DNA from: Eledone cirrhosa
Lineage: Eukaryota
Reading direction: 5' to 3'
Length of the DNA: 64,000 nucleotides
Assembly (NCBI GenBank): GCA_964016885.1
Contig: OZ024741.1
Coordinates: forward strand, 83,452,001-83,516,000
The notes beneath the pieces are model-generated. The model was not told the DNA's origin and did no database searches. It worked only from the letters and a program-made list of their open reading frames with translations. The translations under genes were made by a program, and so were the position numbers. This document shows positions 12,790 to 26,407 of this stretch, piece after piece; positions within the stretch are counted from its first letter, which is position 1, and the number at the start of each line of letters is the position of its first letter.

Positions 12790-13532
12790 TACTATCTACC
12801 TATGAGGCATGATCTAGTGGCCAAAGCACTGTACAAATCAATCTGTAGAAAAGATAGCCCCGACAATAAACACATTAAACGCTCAGCAATGTGGAAGACA
12901 TACACATACATAATATGAAAGAGTACTGGTGGAATGTTCCAGTCAAAACTCCAATAAAATCCAGGCGTAACAGACCAGATATAATAATATGGGGCAGGGA
13001 AAAGAAGGCATGAAAGGTAGTGAAGCTTAGCTGACCAGCAGATAGCAATATAATATTAAAGATCAGTGAAAAGGAGAATATCTATGCAGAACTAGTACGA
13101 AATCTGCAGATACTCCACCTTCAGATTTATACCTGTGATTATTGGGGCACTGGGCTATGTTAGTAACTGCCATAGTAAAAATCGTGAGAAGCTAGGCTTC
13201 ACAGAAACAGAATGAACACGACTAGGAAGGATATTATAAGTATAATCCATTAAAGGACCAATACAAATATGTAAAACATTCCAAAAATGTTGCATCTAAT
13301 AACTGCGTATATACATGTACAGATACAAAGCATATGCCCATGCACGCATATAACTCAAAAGATACACATCCACACATCCAATAACATACATACCTGCAAA
13401 CACATGCATACCTAGCTACCTAGTTGATGTTGTTTAAAATCCAATGAGAGAGTCGTGTATTTCGTCTCAGTTAGAAACCGACACTCTCTCTCTCTATTGG
13501 TAAACATTTATATAATTATAAAAACAAAGGAA
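12790..13532 (+). mobile_element. 5'-truncated R4/Dong-like LINE (second subfamily) inserted in (CATA)n
   Basis: Starts right after (CATA)n 12663-12790 with YYLPMRHDLVAKALYK, then KEYWWNVPVK and NRPDI motifs. The 3' UTR matches 17220-17427, and (CATA)n resumes at 13533. Confidence 0.85.
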
Positions 13533-13564
13533 CATACATACATACACATATGCATACATACATA

Positions 13565-16500
13565 ATTAACGGGACCAGTTGCACATATTGGCGTGGGATA
13601 TTATTCATTAAATTTTAGATGGATGCTATCTCCGACAGTAATGCCACAAAACCAGCTGTGTTGAATAACTAGTTATTCTTCTAAATATACCCACTGATAA
13701 CACCTTTCATTCCAATTTGTAGAGATATCCGACTAAATACTAAATTCATTTTACAAGGATTTGCTACTAGCATCATGGCTGAACACAACATCAACATTAA
13801 CATCAGTGGAGTGCCGAAGAAAACCAATGATGAGAAAGGTAAACGCATTTTCTTTAGTTGTAGCAACAGAAGGAACCGGAATTATGAATCGTATTTCTCT
13901 TGGAGCAACGAAATTAATAAGTGTTATAAAATGGCCAACAAAATTCCTCCGTCGGCGTTATGAAAAGAATGAAGCTATACTAAGACGAAATACACCCAGA
14001 TCTAAATCACTTTACAGTCAAACAATTACGCCGACAAGCAACATTCGTTGAATGTAAAAATAACATTAACATCATTATTGTAATTCCCCCAGATGGAACA
14101 TGCAATCAACAACACGTGCTACAGGCCGCCATACTACTAGACTTTCTAGCAGCCTGACTGAACATCAACAAACAACAGCAATGGACGAACTATGCCGGTA
14201 AGAAATTTGACACCACGTGTATCAACTGATTCTACCTCGACTATTGTTTTAAAAAATGTTAATAATAATATGTCTGTCATTAGCTTTGAGATCGAAGAGT
14301 ATAAACAATTGAAATCTACCCTCAGCGAAACTTTCGAAAGGGGAATTAATTCATGTGTAAATATTTCTCTCGCGAAACATTATAAAACAATAATACTAAA
14401 CAAAACGAAACCAAATAATGAAATCTTGCGGGATATTGATGAAATTGGGGGTGAATATTTACGACAAATTAAAACAGCTACATTTTGTCAAGTCAGCTAC
14501 TCTTTATATGCCCGGTCAACTACAGTGAACATTTATTTGGTGATAACAGAGATGTTTACAAAAACTAAACACCACCAAAAATACCATCATATATTACTAT
14601 AATAGAAAACGAAGATTGCTGACCTACGGAAAATTATAGGATACGTTACAATGCAAGAACAAACAAAAAAATAACTACACTCATCACCGATACCACAGAT
14701 TGAAAAGTAAAAGAGAAACGATGTTTGAAGAGAACTCATCAATATAAGCTGATCACCTTCAAACAAGAATTGAGACCTGTCAGCTAGAAGTGTTGATAGC
14801 AGAAGAGGGTGGCTAAAGGAAAAATAATTAATAAAAGATTCAGACGAAACCAAAGATCAGTCTATAGAGATATAAAGGACAACGTGATAAATGTCAATGA
14901 ACCCCCCTCACAGAATGACAGATTACTTCTAGAGAAAAATATGGGGTGAAATGAAGAAGTTCAATCAAGATGCAGTGTAGCTAAAAGGAATCCAAAAGAG
15001 TTATCGCTCCTACATTAAACAAAAACATACAGAATAAATGATACCACCCTTGAGACTGTGATACAAAAACGCCAAGAAAATACCAGAAAGAGACTTGATT
15101 GTTGGCTACTGGTACGAAAAAGAAAGACATTCTATCGGATGTATCTTATCAACCTCTACCAGCATGCTCTCAAGGGGGATGCACATATAGCAGGGTGGTT
15201 GACATTAACACAAACAATATTGGTCACCAAGAACGAAGAGACCCTCTTCGCAAAATAATTATTACCGTCACATTACACGCCAGAATGTAATGTATAAATT
15301 GTATAAGGCCTGCCTGAACCTTTTTCTCCAGGATAACTAAGGGCAATAACATCATCACAGATGAGAAAGCAGCTGGAAAGAAAGGTGTTTGTGTGTGTGC
15401 TGAATTAACAAAACTACGATGTCAGAGGTGAGTCGAATTAGGAACAGAAGAGCATTTCATTCTGTTCCCCATTCTTGGAGATGATAGAAGTCCTCCGACT
15501 TGCTAAAGTCCTAGAACCTATCTTTTTCTTGGGCTACTGTCTTAAAGTTAAGAACAGAGAAGGAATACTCTATTTTCACTGATAAAATGAAATATCAACG
15601 GGGCATATTTCAAGGAGACAGTCTCTCTCTGCCACTATATATTATGCCATTACACCCTTTGTCCTTACTGCTCAAGAAATATGAAGGATACATCATTGGG
15701 TCACGCAAGGACAGAAATACGAACCTAACCCATACTTTCTTTGTGGTTTACCTGAAACTAGATGCTAAAAACATAAATAGGATGAAGAAAATTCTTGACC
15801 TGATTACGACTTCATCAAAGGATATTGGAATGAGGATTGGTGAGGATAAATGTCTATATATGATTGTAAAGCAGGGAAAAACTACAACCCATTCTAGCAA
15901 CATCAATGGCCTAACTGTTTCACCAATATCAGACGAGGATTGCTGCCGAAACTTAGGGATAAATGAAAATATATCCCATGATGATATCTGTAACAATGAA
16001 CGCGTAAACAGGAAATATTACACCCGATTAAGAAAAATAAGTTCATCTGAAATCTCTGCGCATTATAAAACAGTGGTTCACAATGTGTTTGTTGTGCCTG
16101 TCCTAATATCAACACTTGGATAATTCGATCAGGCGTTACATGGAATCTGTCAAATGATGTCAAAACCCGAAAACTCCTAAGCAACACTGGGAACTTCCAC
16201 ATCAACACTGACATTGACCGCCTATACTTGAAACGTATGCAGGGAAGCAGATGTCTAGCCTCAGTTCACATAACATTTAAGTGACGCACCATATCCATTC
16301 GAGACAGATAAGATTATGAGAGTTAGGAAGGAACTCCTTGAAAGATACTCTCTGGGTGATAATCAAAAACACACCCAGGGAAATAGCCCAGCAATACCGC
16401 TGTGACATCATGGATTAAAAGTTGCATGCTTATCAGCAAAATCTCATGCATAGATATGTTGCCAGGAGGCTCCAGTGTTGTAGTAGAATCGATAAGGAAA

Positions 16501-17427
16501 GTAGTCTATCTTGAACAAAAAACCGCTATTTCGTCTCTCAGTTTGAAGAATATGCTTTTGCAATCCAAGAACAGGAAATCAACGCAAAATACCTGATTTA
16601 CAAAAGAGACAGTGAAGCAGGTAAAACACCTAGATGTGACAACAAATGCAGACTCTGTAACATTAACATCTAAGATGTCACCCATGTCATAAAGAGCTCT
16701 CCAAAGATGTCATCATGGTACTATCTACACCTGAGACATGATGTAGTGGCCAAAACAATATACAATGCAATCCGAAGAAACGTAGACCCGTTAATAAACA
16801 AATTAAATGTTACAGCAATGTGGAAGACATACACATGCATAATATGAAAGAGTACTGGTGGAATGTCCCGGTCAAAGCCCCATTAGAATTCAAGCATAAC
16901 AGACCAGATATAGTGATATGCGACAGGGAAAAGAAGGTATCCAGAGTAACTGAAGTTATCTGCCCAACAGATGCCAATAAAATATTAAAGGCTAGCAAAA
17001 AGGAGAATATCTATGCAGAGCTAATGAGAAATCTACAGACACACTACCATGTCAATACCTTCAGATTTATATCTGTGATTATTGGGACACTAGGATATGT
17101 TAGTAACTGCCTCAGTCCAAATCTTGAGAACATGGGCTTCGCAGATACAGAAAGAACATGACTAATTTGGAATTTACAAGTACAGTAAAAATATGTAAAC
17201 CATTCCAAAGCATTCTGCATCTAATAACTGCATAAACACATGTACATATATAAAGCATATGCAAATGCACACATATAACATTCATACCTGCACACACATG
17301 CATGCATGCAGACATGCAGACATATCTATCTATTTGATATTGTTTAAATTCCAATGAGAATATTGTGTCTATGTTAGAAACCAACACGCTCTATTGGTAA
17401 AATTATAAAATTATAAAACCAGAAAAA
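13565..17427 (+). mobile_element. Full-length, heavily decayed R4/Dong-like LINE (second subfamily), in tandem with the preceding fragment
   Basis: N-terminal RRNRNYESYFSWSNEINK resembles copy B RSNRNYNRCIQWSYELNK. Also YQRGIFQGDSLS (15587-), a CRLC knuckle (~16647) and FKHNRPDIVICD..EVICP (16820-17161). CATA tracts at both ends. Confidence 0.85.
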
Positions 17428-17472
17428 CATACATGTATACATATACAGAAGAAAGTATGAACATTATATATA

Positions 17473-18328
17473 CGAGGTGTCAGAAAAGTCCCAGCAATGA
17501 GGTCACAAAAGATTTATTTCAAACCCAAACTTCACACTAAGAGTTTTCTCCTTCAAAGTAACCCCCTGGTGTATGTAACTGTAATCTTAGCTCTCTGCAG
17601 CAATCAAACTTTTTTCTTCATAATTTTATATACATGTCCTCTGTTTCAGGTCGTCACGCAATCAACAAACTTGAAAACTCCGTCAGAAGCACTGGGATTG
17701 CTGCAGGAAGTGTATGGAGATGAGACGATGTTACGCTCACGTGTTTTTGAGTGGTGCAAGAGGTTTAAAGAAGGACGCGAGAACGTGGAAGATGACCCCT
17801 GGAGCGGAAGGCCCTCAACAACCAGGACTGAGGTCAACGTTGAGCGTGTCAGGCAGATGGTGCGTAGCGACAGTCGTCTGACTTGGCATGAATCAGGACA
17901 GCGTCTGGAAGATTCTCACTGAAGATTTGGACATGCGGAAAATCTGCGCGAAGATGGTGTCAAAACTGCTGAACGATGACCAGAAGGGTCGACGCATGCA
18001 AGTGTGCCAGGAGATCCTCGAGCGTCTTGAAACCGAACCAGACTTGCTAGGGACGGTCTTCACCGGTGATGAGTCATGGATCTTCGAGTACGACGCGAAG
18101 TGGACCCGTTTTGAAGACGTGGACGACATCAAAAAGGCCGTGACGACTGAATTGCGGAGGATCCTGGAAGAATCCTTCCAGGAGTGCATGCAAGCGTGGC
18201 AAAAAAGGATGGAAAAGTGCATTAGACTGCAGGGGGATTACTTTGAAGGAGAAAACTCTTAGTGTGAAATTTGGGTTTGAAATAAATCTTTTGTGACATC
18301 AGTCCTGGAACTTTTCTGACCCACCTCG
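17473..18328 (+). mobile_element. Internally deleted mariner-family DNA transposon with ~96-bp inverted ends and TA target duplication
   Basis: TA|CGAGGTGTCAGAAAAG...CTTTTCTGACCCACCTCG|TA. Transposase remnants: VFEWCKRFKEGRENVEDDPWSGRPST (HTH), TGDESWIFEYD, and C-terminal CIRLQGDYFE. The central catalytic region is missing. Confidence 0.9.
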
Positions 18329-19100
18329 TATTGCAATGATAAAAGACTTTCCTATTCCTTATAAATCTATAAGATTAGGAAAGCATTTGATACAGCATAA
18401 CCGTGAAAGTAGGGCATTAAATATAAACATTTCTGAATGACAAAATCACGTGTCACACAAAGAAATATATTCACTGTCAGATATATCAAAGAAATTCTAA
18501 ATGTATCCAAGGAAGAAAATTGACCTCACTATGATACGAAATGCAGATATTTACTCACGGGTCCCAGAAAATAATGGAGGTAAAAATAAGCGGGAGGAGA
18601 GAAGAGGAGAAAATCGGTAATTTTTTCCACATTGTCTCCCTTTAATTTTTTTAGAAACCAGAATTATTCGCTTAGTATACATTTTGAGACCCCAATCTAT
18701 CCTATTTATTTAATAACGTATGGGATTTCTTGCAATGTTCTTTTTTATCATAAGAAATTTAATTATCGCAAAAATGCTACCACGTAAAATACAATTTCGT
18801 CGGATGGGGTGGAAAAAGAACGGGTGAGGGGTAGAAAATAATCTGAAAAATTAATAAGTGCAAGGTGGGTTGACGATTATTCAAGACCCAAGAGTACGTT
18901 GCATGCTGAGCGAGGAAAAACTTGAGGTTGAGATTCAAACCCACATTACTGAAAGTAGAACAGATTATAAACATTCGATTGTTATGAAGATGAAAGCCTA
19001 TATAATCATTTGAAGATTAAAAATAAAAGTACGATCAGATATTAGGTTATGAAAGAGAACTAATATTAATCGATATTTCATGTTGTTTATTTTTGTCTAT

Positions 19101-19557
19101 AAATTCGCATACATGTATGTATACATCTATGCTAAAGCTAAATTTTTATACTACTCTTAAATTGAGCCAACTTATAGAGCTTCATATGCAAATAAGGCTA
19201 ATCTGCCCACCTACAGAGGCGAAAAAACTATATATTTTCGCCTTTTTCAAGTTCCAGCAGTGAGTAGGGGAAGCACTGTCCTGATTAGAGACAGTTGCTT
19301 AAAATGCGCATAGACATTTGTCCGCTGCTGCTTCTGCTGGAATCCGCTAGTCGGCACCTTTCGATATTCATAGCTGGGCTTTTAAAATGTTTATTTATAA
19401 AAACATAAGGTATATTTTTAGATATACGAAATTCACATACATTTAATGTATACAACTATGCCGTAGCTAAATTGTAATCATACTTTTAAGTTGAGCCAAC
19501 TTATAAAATTTCATATGCAAATGAGGCTATTCAGCCAATATACACAGGCAAAATAAC

Positions 19558-19563
<6 letters not shown>
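19101..19563 (+). repeat. ~329-bp unit with ~135-bp terminal direct repeat, octamer and decayed hammerhead
   Basis: 19101-19234 resembles 19429-19563, each with CATATGCAAAT.AGGCTA. Between them: tgtc CTGATTA gagacagttgctt AAAA TGCGCA TA gaca (19277-19316). Confidence 0.7.
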
Positions 19564-19590
<27 letters not shown>

Positions 19591-20232
19591 ATGTCAAATT
19601 TAGAACTGCATTACATCAACATAATACGAATTATTGGATGTGATACCCATACACCATATGATGTGTAAGAGATTCTTTCCATGAGAATGAAAACATGCGA
19701 TAATAAAGGGAAATAATATTAATAACATTAGGCTCTGTACATTCTAGTTACGTATAATAATAGAAGATAAATACTAAAACGATAGCCAAGGCGTCAACAA
19801 TACATTACCGGGACAGTCACGGTTGCTGTTACTACAGTTCATGCAGCAGCTGCGAGTTAGATGTGCTCTCTACTGGGATTATGTTATTAATTAAAACCGG
19901 CATATCCTTCTAGCTCCATGTGAAATAGTGTTTCTCTTGATATTTTAGACTAACAGCAAGGAGATGCACTATACCACTAACTGAATTGCTCAACCAATTT
20001 GTACACGTATTTCAAAAATTAGGAAAGTAATATTGTTATTTTATTTTAATACATCGAATTTACTACTGCAGAGCAGCAACACTGTCCAAATTATTACACG
20101 TAATGATGTGAGAGATAAAAATTTGGTCGAATGTGGACGCATACGACAATTAAAGCAAATAACATTAGGTTATGTACATGATACCAACAACATCCACAAA
20201 AAAATGAGGGAAAATAGCTATATATATCTGAA

Positions 20233-20274
<42 letters not shown>

Positions 20275-21388
20275 ATAATAATAAATTTCAAGACTAAAAT
20301 CCAAAGAGGGTTCGATAAGGATAAATATAAATCAGATATTTAAGAACCGTAGATTTTATTTACTTTGAAACCGAGAATCATTCGATTTCCTAAATAGAAT
20401 TTTATACTACGACTTCATTTATACTATGAACGTGGTTTTGTCTTTGCGTTTTCTCCGCACCATTTAATGACGTATAATCTTCGTGTTTTTTTTTTCGTTC
20501 TTTGCCAGGGAACGTTTCCACGAACCAAAATATCGTCTTCCTGTGTTATTTCAATTGCAACGGTTTTTGAAATATATACTTCTACGTTCACAGATTGACT
20601 TTTTTAGTTTCAGAAGATCCCGTTAAGGGTGAAAGCAGCGATTCTTTGCTTAATCTTTAATCTGTTATTTTAATAAATAAATAAATAAATATATATATAT
20701 ATACTAAAGAAAATTAACAAAGATAAAACAAGACAACGAATGGATTTTTAAGGGGAAACCCCCGAGTGAAACGGCGACTCATATATATATACATGTCTGT
20801 GTGTGTTTGTATGTGTGTGTGAGAATTTAACACCATATAACTACCAAGAAAAATGCCAGCAAAATGTGGTAAAAGATGTTTCTTTTATATACTAAACTTT
20901 TCGCTTGAGTTTGTATATACATTCATAGATTCATATAAATATATATATATATACTTACATACATGTATATATATGTGTGTGTTTCTGTTTCTGTTTGTGT
21001 GTAGGGGAGAGAGAGGGAGTGTGTGAGGTGTGTGTTCGTGTTTTATACATGTACAGACTTTATAAAATAGAAATAAAAAGTTAAAAAGTTAGTAGTAAAA
21101 TATACGTTTAAACTTCCAATTCAAATTCACAATAATTTTATTTTTATTTCTATCTATTGTAAGTCTGCAAAATGATTTCTTCATTGTCATATTTATTTAG
21201 TTTTTTCCTCGTGGGGCGTGTCTTTTCAAATTATTTCTCTTTACTAGATATGGAAAATCGTTCAGAAATAATCTTCAATATCTTTCATATCTCTATTTAT
21301 TTATTTCCTTTATATAACAACTGATTTTGTAAATGTTATTCGATTTATGTACAGTAATATATATGTATAAACATGTATGCACTCACAT

Positions 21389-21538
<150 letters not shown>

Positions 21539-21980
21539 ATAGTATGATAGATAGATAGAGAAAGAGAGCGATTGAGAGCGATGGCTAGGCAGAGAGATAC
21601 ATTTACACACATACATAAACATTAGTACATATGCAAAGTAAAAACGCCCACAAACACACATGCGCACGAAATCTCAGCTTCTCTTGGCTTTCCGGTCTGA
21701 ACTAGAACGACAAAAGATTCACTTTTTTAAAAAAAACACTGTATATGAAATACGTCATATGAGTGGCGAAAAACATGTAGGAAACGTTTGTGAAGCGACA
21801 AAAACACAGGAAATGTCTGCAGTGTACGTTTTCATTCGTTCTTCTGCTTTTCAGGGAACATTATGTCAAATCCAGAAGCGAAGAACGTTTACGAGTATAT
21901 ATATATATATATATTTTATTTTCCATTTCAATTCTGGAATTAGTTGAGACGGCAAGAGCTCAGCCGTCGATCGTCGACAC

Positions 21981-22074
<94 letters not shown>

Positions 22075-22122
22075 CTGTGTGTGTTTGCGGGTGTGTGTTT
22101 GCGGGTGTGGGTGTTATATATG

Positions 22123-22184
<62 letters not shown>

Positions 22185-22325
22185 CTTCATATACTCGGTT
22201 TTCTCAGTATATAGTGACTACTATGATCAGGAAAAGGTACCACATGTATGAATAGGATGGAGAAAGTCATATTAATTATACACAACTCCATCTTAATCCT
22301 TTCGATTGGTTTGATTAATTATTAA

Positions 22326-22416
22326 TAATTGTTTCTACTTTGGGCACAAGGCCACCAATTATCCAGTACATTACTGGTACTGTATTTTATCGACTCCGTA
22401 AGGGTGAAAGGCAAAG
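22326..22416 (-). mobile_element. Partial SINE (same family as 28178-28370)
   Basis: ATAATTGTTTCTACTTTGGGCACAAGGCC...TACTGGTAC..TATTTTATCGAC...GAAAGGCAAAG. Confidence 0.75.
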
Positions 22417-22945
22417 AACGTTTATTTTTCTGACTACACCCACCAGATATTATTACATTTGAATTATAATTGATTATCTATATACTTAAGACTGAAAGGG
22501 GTAGTAGAACATTTATTATAAATATTTTACAAATGTACTTTCAAGATGTACTTTTGCATTCTTAAATTTATATTTGATCCTTGCACAAGATTTTATAGAA
22601 TTATGTAAATGTATTATTGTATTATATGCCTCGCATTATGCTTAACTTCCTTGTAGCAGCATTTTTGTCTATACCAGCATGTTTTTAAGTTTTTTATTGC
22701 TTGTAGCTGCTCTTATTTATATTTATATGATCATGTTTTTCATATGTTTCTTGCTTTCTTCTCTTATATCAATGTTAATATTTATTATCTATTCTTTCTT
22801 CCCACATTGTGTATCCCCAGAATGTTCTTTGACAGGTTTATCTGTGTTTTAACCTATGATTTATGCTCCGATGAAAACGGTCTTGTGCTTTGATGAAACG
22901 ATTGTTAATAATTAAATGTTCTTAAATACACTTTGGTTGTTATTT

Positions 22946-23031
<86 letters not shown>

Positions 23032-23034
23032 CAA

Positions 23035-23195
23035 GAAGGTGTGGTAAGATACAAGGTGGACCATAGCGCACCAGAGTACTCGATATTTAGGGTAGTAGAA
23101 AGGAGTCAGGTGCCCGACGGCTGAGCTCCGGCCGTCTCAAGAGCTAGATCCATTGAAACGGCCAGAGCTCAGCTGTCGGGATTCTGACTCTTTTC
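23035..23195. repeat. Fold-back repeat (family also at 27501-27720, 34505-34600, ~21945-21970)
   Basis: GAGTCAGGTGCCCGACGGCTGAGCTCCGGCCGTCTCAA ... TTGAAACGGCCAGAGCTCAGCTGTCGGGATTCTGACTC forms an inverted pair between (TA)n tracts. Confidence 0.8.
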
Positions 23196-24158
23196 ATATA
23201 TATATGCATGTGTGTGTTCTACCCAAATCCATTTAAGTAGAAATCAGATATGAAGGCAAGTGATTTGGTATATGTTGGGTAAATAAAGAATATCATTTTG
23301 CACCAATATTTCGAACAATGAGCTTCTCGAGTAGATGGACATGTTTTCTGATTTAAAAAAAATACATATTGATGGCTTGAATCACGTAAGATGATATTAC
23401 TGCGGTTTAAGTTCATAACTAACTCGTTGATGTAGCACGGTCTTTAAAATTGCAAGCATATCAGATAATGGTAATCGAACTCATAATAAAACAGCCTGGA
23501 CTCAGCTGTAACATATGTTAACTTTGATCTGCTTTAACATATATAATACAAACTAATCACTTCGATTTTAACAAGAGAAATAAACATATTTCCTTACAAT
23601 CAACACTGGGTCTTTTATTCAGTGCACATTCTTCAGAGCTAAGTGCACTTAAATAGCCAAGCCTATTGGACAAACATATATGGCTGTACATGTTTGTGTG
23701 TATGTGTATGCAAGTATATATACGTATATATACATATATATATATTTGTGCGTGTGTGTGTGTGTGTGTGTTGGTGTATATGCATATAAGCTCGCGCGGA
23801 TAGAAATTGTACTCCATTAATGTGACATAATTGTGTTTCATAGTTCTAAGTCACGTTTTTTACTCATAAAATTTCTAATTATAAGATATATGTGATTCAA
23901 GAATCAATTAGATTCGAAATCTCGAAACTTCGAATTGCTTCTAAGTTATTTGCAATAGTTATCTAATTTATTTATAACGATTTTCCAGAATTAAATCAAT
24001 TTAATGCGGAACAAATGTGCTGAAGGCGTTTATGCCATTTTCACCATTATTTACGGCAAAGTTCCCCCAATTAACATTGGATGAACTACTAATAACTCTC
24101 CATTAAGGAGTGAATTTAGTGTCACGTGAATATCAGTTGTTACTTTGAAACTAATACC

Positions 24159-24408
24159 TGATGAAAAGATGAAAGGATAAAAGGATTTTTGCATATCTTA
24201 TTATTTCTCTCTTGATTTCTTAGTTCGTCTGTATTTCACACTTTCCCCAGCCCCCTTCTCTCGCACGGTTTCATATATATATATATATATATATATAAAA
24301 CCGTGCGAGAGAAGGGGGCTAGGGAAAGTGTGAAATACATATGAACTAAGAAATGAAGAGAGAAATAATAAGATATGCAAATCCTTTTATCCGTTCATCT
24401 TTTCATCA
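24159..24408. repeat. Long palindrome with ~113-bp arms centred on a (TA)n tract
   Basis: TGATGAAAAGATGAAAGGATAAAAGGATT...CTCGCACGGTTT (TA)n AAACCGTGCGAG...AATCCTTTTATCCGTTCATCTTTTCATCA, with few mismatches. Confidence 0.95.
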
Positions 24409-24422
24409 CATATACATACACG

Positions 24423-24517
<95 letters not shown>

Positions 24518-24519
24518 GA

Positions 24520-26284
24520 AGTGAGTAATATCGGGGCTACTGTGGAAACTTTATTTGCATATTACAATTGTTTCTATATCGATCGGATCAGCGTACAAAC
24601 ATAATGACCCGAAACTTCTTAAATGTATCCTCAGATATGCGAGTTTTTCGTGCCACCTTTAACTGTAGTTACACTCACCACCCCTGCAACAAGACCCTCT
24701 CCTCATATCACCCATTCTGTGCCCAACATGCCAAACGCAACTCCACTCCTCCTATCCTACCACAGCCACCTTCCAGCACACACCATGTCACTATAACCGT
24801 CAGCGTCCTCGCTCCGGACCTGAGCGTTGCCTCTTCAGTAGAAATCTGTGCTTTCTAACCCTCACAATATACATCGCTGAGTTGTGCACTCGCACATATA
24901 TCAAGAGGTTCATTCACCTCACAAAACTACAGGCGCGCTTTTACGCACCGCACCCGCAAGGAATGACCCGGACAGCTTTCTGGAACTGGGATGATGACTA
25001 TCACAATGGACATCGACTCCTGTACAGTTCAGAACCCTGGATACATTCGTAGAGGCCTGTTACAGTGCAATGAACTGATTCGACTTCCGTAGATGCCAAC
25101 GTGGGACGAACATTTCTTGTGCTGAACTCGCTGCCCACTACTCATTCCGAACCCAGGATGACATATTTATCAAACCGGTGGACAAGGAAGTGCCGTGGTC
25201 GTGTTGCACACCAGCCTCTCCTAACCCCCTATTCTACTAATCTTACCCTCCGAATCCACCGTCAAATACCAGCAACAACTTTCCTTCATCATTCTCCAAC
25301 TCGTCACTTCCTCATCCTACCCTCCACCGCCACCAACTTCATCTTCCACACACCGCACATAACCGCATATTTCGATTCCACCTTTGCACCTCCCATGGCA
25401 TGCCGTCCCTCCAACAACTCTGAAACCAACCAGGTTCTCTCCTTTTTTATAGATTTGTCTTCTCCTTTTTATACTCTACATCAAATTCTTCTATACTATC
25501 ATTTCCCCACACCCAAGGCTCCATGCCTTCCAACACTCCCATGATCACTTCCCCTCTCCTAACCCTCCACCACTTGCCTTCCCTAGCTGGTCCTTGTCGT
25601 CTATTACTTTTCACTCTCGGGTGATTTTTACCAATAGGTAATCGGTGTTACAATGGACAAAAGAATGGGTCTCAACTTCGCTAACGTATTCGTCGGCTAC
25701 GCTGAGGCCCAAATCTTTGTCCAATAGACAGGTTCCACACCGGAGCTATACTGTTGGCGCATAGACGAGTGTGTCGGCGTTACCTCACTCAGTCCAGAAC
25801 ATCTCAATTTCTTCCTTTCCTTCTTCTGCTTTTTCCACCACGCCCCTAACTTCTCCACCACTTCCATCATTTTCCTCGACATCACTTTTTCAATCGACCC
25901 CTCCCATCGTTCACCCACCACCTCCGCCCTTTTCAAGCCTACCGACACCCATTTCTACCTCGTTTCATTCCACGTGTCCTACCCACACCGAACATTCCAT
26001 CTCCTACTGTCGATTCCTTCGCCTCCTCTGCCTGTGCAATCGATCCCACGACTTTCAGGCCGAAGCTAAATATATAGTTTGATTGTTCACTCGGCGAGAG
26101 TACCCACAAATCCTGGTTCAGGCCACCCTGACCAGAACCGACGAGGTCTATCGCACTACTGCTCTCATACCATGCCTCCCCACCAACCAGTTAATTTTTC
26201 CCTATACACTCCTCCAACTTTCCTCTCCAGTGTACGAACCTTCGTCTCTTCTGCAAACTCCAATCGGATTCCTCCACCACTGCC

Positions 26285-26285
<1 letters not shown>
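24520..26285 (+). pseudogene. Decayed Penelope-like element (PLE) reverse transcriptase
   Basis: Frame-shifted motifs: KPVD(KG)SAVVV (~25171), GVTMDKRMGLNFANVFVGYAE (~25645; cf. GxAMGxxMGPxYANLF), RIDECVG, FLDITF, FKPTDTHFYL and HSISYCRFLRLLCLC (cf. SIPYSQFLRxRRIC). Outer boundaries are approximate. Confidence 0.8.
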
Positions 26286-26351
<66 letters not shown>

Positions 26352-26354
<3 letters not shown>

Positions 26355-26407
26355 TTCTTTATTAGCCACAAGGGCGCAACAAGAAAGGGGACAATACAAA
26401 GACATGA
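26352..26407 (-). mobile_element. ~55-bp 3'-terminal stub of the Tx1-like LINE embedded in (GATA)n
   Basis: GATTTCTTTATTAGCCACAAGGGCGCAACAAGAAAGGGGACAATACAAAGACATG matches the termini at ~58413 and ~63136. GATA repeats on both sides. Confidence 0.85.
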
